Shown: positions 54,705-64,000 of the stretch, piece by piece
Layout of the letters: each line of letters starts with the position of its first letter
Position numbering within the stretch: position 1 is the first letter of the stretch
NCBI RefSeq assembly: GCF_009834535.1
Contig: NC_045696.1
Coordinates: forward strand, 7,194,001-7,258,000
Direction: 5' to 3'
Length of the DNA: 64,000 nucleotides
From: Camelus ferus
Lineage: Eukaryota
Notes under the pieces: generated by a model
The model's database searches: none
What the model saw: the letters and a program-made list of their open reading frames with translations, nothing else
What the model was told of the DNA's origin: nothing
Position numbers and translations under genes: made by a program

Positions 54705-54796
54705 AAGAAATATCTGCTTTTGGTTGCTTCATTAAAACGAGTTAAGTTTTTTCAGTATTTAAGATGAGACAATAAATAAGCACAGTTAAGTCATAC

Positions 54797-54891
54797 CTGC
54801 AATTTAATGATGGAACAAGTGACTCTGCTAACTCATTGCAATGCAAAAGGCACAAAATCTGGGATTTCTGATACAAAGAATAGTATGTGAG
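54797..54891 (-). other. Candidate exon (95 nt), probably 5' UTR; best exon candidate in the window
   Basis: Acceptor TACTTTTTTTAG|CTCAC and donor TGCAG|GTATGA in non-repeat sequence. Contains a minimal ATG-AGT-TAG ORF. One frame is open (LTYYSLYQKSQILCLLHCNELAESLVPSLNC), but I do not recognise it. Confidence 0.5.
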
Positions 54892-57129
54892 CTAAAAAAA
54901 GTATTTTCTATAATTACCAACTCACTGTAAATGACATAATCAGATAAAGCATGGGCATAGTTCTTGTTTCTTGTCCTTTGGGATTTTTTTTTCCTGTTAA
55001 ATACCAAGCCTCTTTTCTAAAAAGAATATTTTTAAATGTGGCATTATCTGTGTTAGTAATGTTAGTAAACAAGGTGGGTGAAATACTGATGACTGTGGAA
55101 GCAGGAGGACAGGGACACGAGGGCTCATTATATTACTCTACTTTTATGTATGTTTCACGTTTTCCATAATTTAAGAAATTTTTAGATAAAAGTGGTATAT
55201 GAAATAAATATTAGAAATACAATTATTTAAACTAAAATAAATGAGATGCTTGACAAAAAAAGCTAACTAAAAGAAATTTGATAAAAGATCTGATAATATT
55301 TCATGACAAGAGAACTTACAAACAACCATGACTAAGCAAAATCTGCTTTTTTTAATTTTTTATTTCTCTTTTAGGAGTGGAGAAAGGGATTAAAACTGTT
55401 TGGGAAACTATTTTACATAAAATGTTGCTTTAGATAAATCACTAACAAAGATTTACCTATGTAAGCTTTGGTTTCTGTAAAATTTTTCCAGGGACATTTA
55501 TTGTATTAACAAATGCACAGCTGTGACGTGACAACTCGGGGAGTTGGGGTGAAATTCCCTCTAGGGTGTCATAAGCTAGCTCTGCGGGATCAATAAAGCA
55601 CAAACATCCTAGTGCTAAAGTCCACAAGACAGACACATCCCAGCACTCGTTTTAGCAGGTAGCAATCTCTAGCCACTCTTAGAGGGAAGAAAAAAAAAAG
55701 GAACATTTAACAACATGCCCCAAAACTTCCTTTTGCTATCCAAAGTCATTATTTGATTTTTGATTTTCCTACTTGTTAACATGACACAGAACAACACATC
55801 TTTTGTGGTATCTAATACAGATGAATTATATAATAACACTGAATTTATGATCAAATTTAGAGCAAGAGGCCTTCAATTTCATTTAATTCAAATCAATCCT
55901 TTATGTGCCTTACTTAAGAGTATCTGAAAGTAAAATAAACACTGAAAATATATGATTATCAAACCAATGATAAAAGCAAATTATTTAATTGCCATTTTAA
56001 CTGAGGATTCAAATTCCACTGTCACACAGTAACGTGTGCAAATATAATGCATATCTGTACAACATAAGCAGACGTATAAAAAAATGAAAATACAGAGGAA
56101 GGTGTCCAGAAAGACAACTGCAAACCTTTAGCAGCAGTATCTCTGGTTAGGACAATGGGGCCGAGACATGGTGGGGTAGGAGTGGATAGAAAGTTGAAAG
56201 AGGGACAAATATGCCTACTTCCACATGCAATTCAGAAATGCCATCATTCAACACCTATTGAAACAACTGAAAAATAATTTTAACTACAAACACACATAAT
56301 ATCCTAAAAATCAGATGATGTCATGATATGAAGAGCTTCAGACTCATCATTCATTTCTTCAACAACTATGTGCTGAGGACTGGACACATAAGGGTGAGAT
56401 TTACTATCATGTGTCTGCCCTCAGGGGACTCACAGTCCAATGCGGGGAAACAGACACAATCACACTGGTAGCAAACGACACTCAGGATCATGAGAGCAAG
56501 GACAGACTGCTACAAGGAAAGAGGAATGAGAGGAACCAATTTAGATTTGAGGAAGGGGAAGTATCAGAAATAGTCTTACCAAGAACTTGACAGGTGAGAC
56601 CTGGATTTGTAGTCTTTGTATGTGTAAGGCCTCTTAAGCTCACAATTCTTTCTATGTCTAGATCCGCATAAAGAGAGGCGGTGAGAAAATTCAGAACTTC
56701 TGAGAAAGTAATAGGAGGGTAGGGATCTGGAAGTATCAAGGCTGCTCAGCCAAGACTATGAAAGACTAAAGGACCAGTGACTAGACTGTGATTAATTAGG
56801 CAAGTCTCAAGGATGGAATGAACTGACTTGCTCCACATAGTTCAAGAAGGCAGGACTAAAATCAAGAATAAGAAGAATGTTACAGGAGAACAAGCTGAGA
56901 ATGAATAAAAGGATGAAGGCATCCAACAATGGGGAAAGCCGCTTCATGAATGACAGCCCCCAGTCACTGCATGCATGTGCAGAACTTGGGACCCATGGCA
57001 TCTGCCTTGGCTATGGTTCCAACACAAAGTGGAAAGTGGGGTACAATTTACCCTAGAGCCCACCCCTGTGGCCTGACCTTCACCCAAAAGGTCAACATCA
57101 CTACAATATTATTTTAAAATCTGCCTGCT

Positions 57130-58520
57130 CCACAAAATATAGAGACAACTTTAAAAGAAAACTGTCTTCTCCACGGACCCTATTCTTTTTAGCCTGGTTC
57201 TCTGTGGACAATTTCCTAACATGGTGGAGGGAGCTAAAATCCAAGCAAAGCATGGGAGTCCTGTTGAGATGTGAAGGTACAGATTAGAGTTCCAAGCAGC
57301 TGGAATTTTAGGGGGACAGGGCAACAGAGAGAAGCGAGCCATGCAGAAAGGAGTTTTCCAAAAATCTACGGGGAACCCAAGAGGACCAGAATGCACATGG
57401 GCAAGGGGAGACTACCCAAAGCTTAGCACAGAGAGACTGCTAAGAAGTTGAGAGCAGAACCGAAATGACAGACAAGCAGGCTTGGGAGTCAAAAGAACAC
57501 CAACCCCAGGTTGGATGAGATATTAGATTCAGCAAACAATAACTTTAAAGCAGCTATCACATACAAAGAATTAGAAGAAAACGTGTTCAAAAACTTTAAG
57601 GAACATTTGCTCTCTAATGTGTGAACAGAGTACCTCAGCAGAAAAATTCAAAGTATGAATAAAAAGGAAATTCTAAAAGTGAAAAATATCATAACTATAT
57701 GAAAATTTTACTGGATGGATTTAACAGCAAACTGAAAGTGGCAGAAAAAAATCAGTAAACTTGAAAATAGATCAATAGACATTACCCAATCTAAAGAGAT
57801 AGAAAAGACTGAAGAAAAATGAAGAACAATATTAAATGTTCTAACACATACATAAATGAAATCACACAACACAGTGAGCAAATAGCAGAAAAACATTTGA
57901 AGAAATCATGACTAAAAACCTCTCAAATTATAACCACACTCAGGCACATCACAGGCAAATAGCTTAAAAATCAAAGTAAAAAAATCTTTAAACCAGCCAG
58001 AGAGAAAAAAGATACCACATGTATAAAAGAACAAAATAGCAATTGTCCACTAACATCTCTTCAGAAACAATGAAGCCAGAAGACAGTGGAATACCACTAT
58101 TAATGTGCTCAGTGACAAAAAGTATCAATCTGGAATTCTATATCCAGTTAAAATAACTTTAAAGCACAAACGTGAAATAAAGATATTTGCAAGCTTAAAA
58201 AAAAATTTTTGAGAGAATTCTTTACCAGCACATCTGCACTACAAAACTGCAAAAGAATGTTCTTCAGATGTAGGAAAAATGATACTGGATGGAAACACAA
58301 GTCTATGCAAGGAATGAAGAGTCCAGAAATGACAAATAAGTAGGCAAATTTTCATAAATGAGTATTTTTCCTTCTTGTAATTAAAAATTATTGTCTGAAA
58401 TTAAATTAATTGTAAGTTGGAGCTTAAAATGTGGTTAAAGCTAAAATCATAAAATCGTAACATACGTAGGAGCACACACGCAGGAGTAAAAAACATGGCA
58501 ACAATTGCAGGAAGTGGGAG
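57130..58520 (+). mobile_element. Ancient L1M 5' region / decayed ORF1
   Basis: 'ctggatggatttaacagcaaact', 'gtaaacttgaaaatagatcaataga', 'cagaaacaatgaagccagaagacagtggaata', 'ggaattctatatccag'. Confidence 0.75.
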
Positions 58521-59519
58521 GAAGCTAAACAGCTTGATAGTATTTACAGTCTATATTACATTTGGGAAATGGGGAATGGAAAGTGGAAAGTGTCACTGAC
58601 TCTAAATATTTGAAAACGGGTATGTATTTCCCTCAAAATACAGAGGACCTCCAGAAGTTCCTGTCAACAAGAGCTCATACACAGCAATTAAAGAAGCCAT
58701 CCATCACAGAGAACTCAATGGATAAAAAAACCAAATGTCATACCCAAGGAACTAGAAATAACAGAACTATCTGAAATGAACTCTAAAATATGTTATCTTA
58801 AAATTTTAGAGGAAAAAAGGCTATTTTTTTAAGGGTGACAAAAAAATTAGGCTCATGAAAGAACCAGGTAGTAAAATTAATACACACATATGTATGTATG
58901 TTCATGGCTGGTTCACAACTACAAAAACCCTCCACTGGTACCTTCCATTCTAAATGTAAACATCTTTTCTTTTTTAAACACTTTACTGTATGTTCATAGC
59001 TTATGCAAAATGAGCTATATCAGACCAGTACAAAATTAGCTAAAATAAAGTACAGCATAATAAAAGATAATCCAACTGTAACATTTTCGAGTTAGATACA
59101 ATCAAGCAATTTTAGGAAAAGAATAATTACAGTATATTCTTCACTATTCTCCTATAATATGCATCTTCTCACAAACTCATTAAAATTCCTAGATGGCTAA
59201 AATTAGTTCCATTAATTTGTATCATTTTCCTAAATTTAGAATCATTTTAATAAATCCTGATATAAAGTACCACTGTCAGCTTGAGACAGCCCTAAAAGAA
59301 TAATGTCCACTATTTAGAGACTAGTAACTCAAAATCATTGTTATAAATGACATGTAAGGTGGTAAAATTTGGGGTGATGCCTCCCAATTTGGACCCCAAA
59401 TGTGAATATCAAGCTAACACTGAAAAGATAGATCTGTTACAAATTTTTACTTAATTGGAAATATACTTATGAATATCTAAAAGTTACTATTTCAAAAGCA
59501 ACCTTCCTTCTCCATAGGA

Positions 59520-59998
59520 GTATAAGCTAAAAAATGTCCCCCTCCAAAAAATATCCACATCTAATCTCTGGAACCCAGAGATGTTATCTATCACATTTAG
59601 AAAAAAGTCTTTACAGATGTGATTATGATTTAGTTAAGGATCTTGAGATGAGGATTACCCAGGTGGGCCCTACATGCCACCACACGTGTCCTCAAGAGAG
59701 ACTCAGAGGGAAATCTGACAGCGACAGAAGAGAAGGCAATGTGACTACAGAGGGAGAGATGAGACTCATGCCACCACAAGCCAAAGAACGCCGGCAGCCA
59801 CCAGACGCTGGGAGAGGCAAGGAACAGACTGCGCTTAGTGACCCCTGAAGAAGTATGGCCCTGGCCCTGCCGACAATGATTTCAGCTCCGTGGGACTGAT
59901 TTCAGATCCTTGGCCTCCAGAACTATGAGTAAGTTTCTGTTGCTTTAAACCACTAGGTTTATGGTGATTTGTTACAGCAGCCACAGGAAACTAATACA
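59520..59998 (+). mobile_element. MLT1D-type MaLR solo LTR, near full length
   Basis: 'atatccacatctaatctctggaacc', 'gttaaggatcttgagatg', 'ccacaagccaaagaacgccggcagccaccagacgctgg'; ends 'ttgttacagcagccacaggaaactaataca'. Confidence 0.85.
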
Positions 59999-61559
59999 GA
60001 GAGGTAAGAAAGACAGTTTCAAATCTTCTTAAAGCATGTACATTCTACAAATGTTACCTATGAAAAATGTTCCAATCTATCTGTATTCTTGGAGGATATA
60101 AAAAAGTGTGCTTAATTTATGTCAACATCTCATTTGGAATGATTTGCAATCTTACTGCTTTTTTCTAAGTTCCTTCAAGCTTTAAAAAGACATAACCATT
60201 GGAAGACATATAGTGTAAAATCCCCCACCACTTTCATACTCAGTGAAACCCAATACTGAGCTATCCAATCTGGAACAGTTCATGGAAGTTTTCACATGTT
60301 CCATCACAAACAGCTAATGTTAAAATGCCAAACCTGGGCTGTCGATGACATGAGGGCACAAACTGTATTTGTGTTTTTCACTACTTTATCCCTAACATTT
60401 AGTATATTATTTATCAAATAAATCAGCCTTCATATTCCCTATAAAGATTCCCTACAACCAAACACTGCATGTTTTCCCCACCACTATTCCCCTTTACCCT
60501 GCAGCTTAATAATGAACCCCACGATCTCTATCCATAATATTTTAAAGGGTTTAGCAGCAACCATACCCTTGTCAAAACCTAGGCAAACCTAACATGCTGA
60601 AAGGAAGGAAGAGTCTGACATGTCCTGGGAAGCTGTTTCACCAGGAAAAGCCACTTTCTGAACACCTACGCACAAGCCAGATCTGGCTCCAACACTAGCA
60701 ACCTGCTTCTAAGTTTTAAAATCCCATGCTCCTTCCACAAAAGGATACTGCCTCTCTCAACCCACAGAACCCCTGGAACTGATTAAGGTGAAAGACACAA
60801 GAGCCTAGCACATGGTTCACATTAACACACTTAGTCTTGCTTCCCTTTACTTCAGAGAAAGGGATGTACCCTTCAGCTTCACAAGCTTCTCTATCATGTT
60901 CCTTGCCTTACAAGGTCCTGGCAATTGCAGAGGGGAGAGAGAAGAGCCCTCCTAGTACCTGACAGAGGCGGGCCACTCTCTGGCAGAAAGAAAAGGGGAA
61001 GTCACTCCTCCAGTCTCAAGCTGTGCTCTTCACCTCACGTGACCTCTCGCATCCTCTGAATTTAAACACATTCAGAATCTGCCTTGTAACATTCATAGGA
61101 CTCATCCCTTAAGAAGAAAATGTTCTGAAGAATGGTACTGGGATTTGCTTCTACTTCTCTACCAGGTTGCACTTTCCTCCTGGGAAGAGACTGCGTCACG
61201 TCAGCTTGGCAAGGCCAAAGTACAAAGCTCAGTTTCCCACAGAGATGGACTGAACGATGTGATTAACTGAAGTCATCAAGTTGACAAATGATAATCTTAA
61301 CACTATGTTAAAACAAAAGTATGTAAATTATTTGGCTTGTTCTGCTGTTGGTACTTATGCAGAGCAGATAACTTTTCCAGAATCCCTGTCTAATTAAGCG
61401 AGGAGCAAGAAGCCTAGATTTCTATCTTACAGTAATTTCCCAGTTTACTTCTAAATGGAGAGCTGGGCACATACCTTTTAGGACTGCTGTCCAAATAAAT
61501 TACCACAATACCTGGCACAGACTTAACTTACAATGCCACCTAACATTTCTGATGGTACT

Positions 61560-61840
61560 TTCTGGCTTATGAAACAATTTCAAGTACAACTCATTTCATG
61601 CTCTCTGAACCCTATGAGGCAAGGCAGGTATAATTCTGCACTTTCACATGTGAGGCAACTGAGGTGTGGACTATCTAAAGCAGTGGTTCCCATACCACTG
61701 ACAGCTGCATCAGAATCACCCTGAGGGGCTTGTTAAAAACTCAGATTCAGAGACATAACCATCAGAACCTCCAGAGAGTAGGCCTGAACCTATATTTTGA
61801 ACAAGGGCTCCAGGCGATTTTGACACGTGGCCAAATTTAC
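61560..61840. mobile_element. MIR fragment (minus) followed by MER5A (from 61681)
   Basis: 'ccctatgaggcaaggcagg...tgaggcaactgagg', then 'cagtggttccc...ctgcatcagaatcacc...cttgttaaaaactcagatt...tattttgaacaag..ctccaggcgatt'. Confidence 0.7.
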
Positions 61841-62264
61841 AAACTTACAAGGATTCAGAGCCCAAGAGGCCTGATGGTATTTAAGAAGGAGCTTCCTTTT
61901 GTTGGGCTAGTTTACCAGAGTGAACTATGGGCCACTCCTCTGGTAAAAAGAGATGTCCCCTGTGAATGAAATGTGCACCTGAGTGCCTCTAGGAACACAG
62001 ACTGCAGCAAAGATGAAACGACTCTCCCTGGCCCGTACTGTGAGGAGACAAAGGCGTAATCAGTTAGAGCTGGCTAGTTTTTATGTTTTTAATTAATTTC
62101 AAAACTTGCCTTTTGATATACTCTACTTAGCATTTTAACTCAAATGCCAAATAATTTACTTCCTCTTTGTATTAATTACAAGATTTTTGCTAAACAAAAA
62201 CATTAAGTAAAAAGCCTCCCCCAAAAGTGTACTAAGAAAGCTAAATGGTTTCATCTACACTATT

Positions 62265-62672
62265 TGTGGCAGAGATAGTCACCTCCTTCCTCCACAATTA
62301 CAGTCAAGCACCCGAATGCCCAGCAAGGGAACACTTCCCAGCTTCCCAAGCAGCTGGGGATGGCCATGTGACTAAGTTCTCATGACAGAATGTGAAAAAA
62401 GCGTGGTGTGACACTTTTGATCTTTTAAGATATGGAATGAACATTTCTCTGTCTCTTCGCCTTCCTGTGAGTTGAGACAAAGACAACACAAACGAGGCCC
62501 ACACCCTACAGCACTGCAAAGGATCTAGATGGAAGAGATAAATCTCCCTGAATGACTGACCGAGGGAGCACCCGCACCGACGTGGCCGTTCTACTGGAGA
62601 TGATGCTATGTTCTTGGAACCATCGAACTGCTGGCTCCCGGTTACAGGAGCCTCACCATGGACTCTAATATG
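62265..62672 (+). mobile_element. MLT1J/H-type MaLR LTR
   Basis: Starts 'tgtggcaga'; contains 'cacttcccagcttcccaagcagctggggatggccatgtgactaagttct'; ends 'gttacaggagcc...ctaata'. Confidence 0.65.
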
Positions 62673-64000
62673 CTACTGTTTGCGTGACAACTGGAACTAA
62701 TTCCTTCTAACACCTACATCAGCCAAGGACATTTCTAAGGTGTTTCAATAATAAAGTTTGGATGCTGAAGGGTTATTAAGAGATCATCTACGAAATACTT
62801 CGTTATAAACAAGGATGTTGAAGTCTAGAGATTAAAAACTACGGCAGGCAAGAACACTGGAAGCCCAGGGTTCCTAACCTCCCAGCTCACTTTCCCTTCA
62901 ACACTATGCTACAGGCTAGATCCTAAAATCATCAGAAAAGAAAACTACACTTTTTAAAATAATCCTTGGATTAATTTCATTCATTGATTCAACAAATAAT
63001 CTTCCCCAGCATCTGCCAGGTGCCAAGCAATGTGTTTTCAGGTGAATGCAGACTTACAGAGGCCTTTAGTTTTCTGGTTGTACTATGCCTTTAACTCTCC
63101 TGAGCCTGCACAAATTACAAAGGAAATATAACAAGTACAAAGCCGTTAACACTACCTTGAAGGACCTAGCAATACTCCTATCAAAATTTGAGAGTTTTCT
63201 TTACAGAAGATAACATGTTAGAAACTTCTCTTTTACTCCTCCCACAACTGCCCTGCAATAACCCCCATCCCAGAAAAGCACATTCATGCCATACCAGCCC
63301 AGAGCAAAGAAAGAAGCCAGCAAATCCAGGTGGCAGTATTCTTCCTATACTCCCTCTCCTTCCCAGAGAACATGGGCACTGGGCCCTGCCTTCCCACCCC
63401 TACAATGCCCTGAGATCCGTGCCACTGAGAAGACAGAAGCATGGGGCAAGGCATCACTCCCAGAAGAGACAGGAACACCTCCTTTCCAGAGACACACAAG
63501 GGATCCTGCTGAGCTGTATGTTAACAAGCTAAAGAACAGGAAGAGCTTCACTCATATAGAGCTCTAAGGTTGCCAAATTCTAGGGCAGAGTCCGTTCTAA
63601 CAGTGCTCTGTCCCTAAGGGTAAGATCAATCTACCCGGATACAAAGCATCAGAGTGTAAAATGCTTTCACCCTCCAGCTTTTTTAAAGGAAAATCTAATG
63701 TAGGTAAAATCTTAGTATTAAAAAAAACATTATCCAAATCGCATACTAAGGTTTTCCAGGAGAGGGAAGTGGCACAGGCCCCATGGGGCAGGTACTATGT
63801 CAGAATGATTCTTATAGGACGTTTCTCAGCCTTTTTTCCTTTATTCCCATCCCCAGGAGGAAAGCAATTTAAATTTCTCCTTAACGAGAAATAATAAGTA
63901 TTATCGAATAATATTTTGTCAGGTAAGACTGACTTACAAAGGGTCACAAAACACAGTAATATCTAAGATTTTTTTCACTCCCCCACACCCAAGAACAATT

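Larger units (their letters stand above)
1..64000 (-). other. Intronic portion of an unidentified large gene, probably in a long multi-exon 5' UTR region, transcribed from the minus strand
   Basis: No credible CDS. Most L1 pieces are on + (6.5-8.4, 21-25.5, 31.9, 34.1, 52.6, 57.1 kb), matching the known antisense bias in introns. The + strand appears A-rich. The best acceptor/donor pairs are on minus. Inference only. Confidence 0.6.

Noticed and set aside
1452..63894. The many short ORFs of the six-frame track as host proteins
   Set aside because: They are short and low-complexity (F/L/I-rich antisense-L1 or AT-rich reads), many start at GTG/TTG, and none has a recognisable domain. Only the + ORFs at 52835-53926 have clear homology, and they are a broken L1 ORF2.
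1..64000. CRISPR arrays, operons, prophage or other prokaryotic-type systems; CpG-island promoter; known miRNA or snoRNA genes
   Set aside because: The sequence is CpG-depleted mammalian intronic DNA. I saw no regularly spaced repeats, no CpG island and no mature miRNA or snoRNA sequence that I recognise.

Overview
Mammalian, almost certainly camelid, non-coding DNA. The species call rests on a tRNA-Ala-derived vic-1-type SINE at ~46.5 kb and two young L1 3' ends. I found no host protein-coding exon; the only ORFs with recognisable homology are broken LINE-1 ORF2 pieces at 52.8-53.9 kb. The window reads as long introns of a gene transcribed from the minus strand: most L1s lie on + (antisense), the + strand looks A-rich, and several splice-site-bounded, probably untranslated exon candidates lie on minus (54797-54891, 48495-48572, 29698-29859, 26732-26752). 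I cannot name the host gene. The rest is the usual eutherian repeat mix (L1M, L2, MIR, MER3/33/5A/58A, MADE2, MLT1, MER21, LTR33); family names come from recalled consensus similarity and boundaries are approximate. Most notable: (1) a single TSD-flanked insertion (52611-54704) joining a 3'-incomplete L1 to ~380 bp of foreign DNA carrying two polyA signal/tail modules; (2) a SINE with an L1-type 3' tail; (3) a tailless tRNA-Arg 5'-half retrocopy; (4) recursive-splice-like AG|GT sites and a candidate intronic promoter; (5) an old local ~110-bp duplication and a pre-miRNA-sized hairpin. I see no evidence of a genuinely new multi-gene system.
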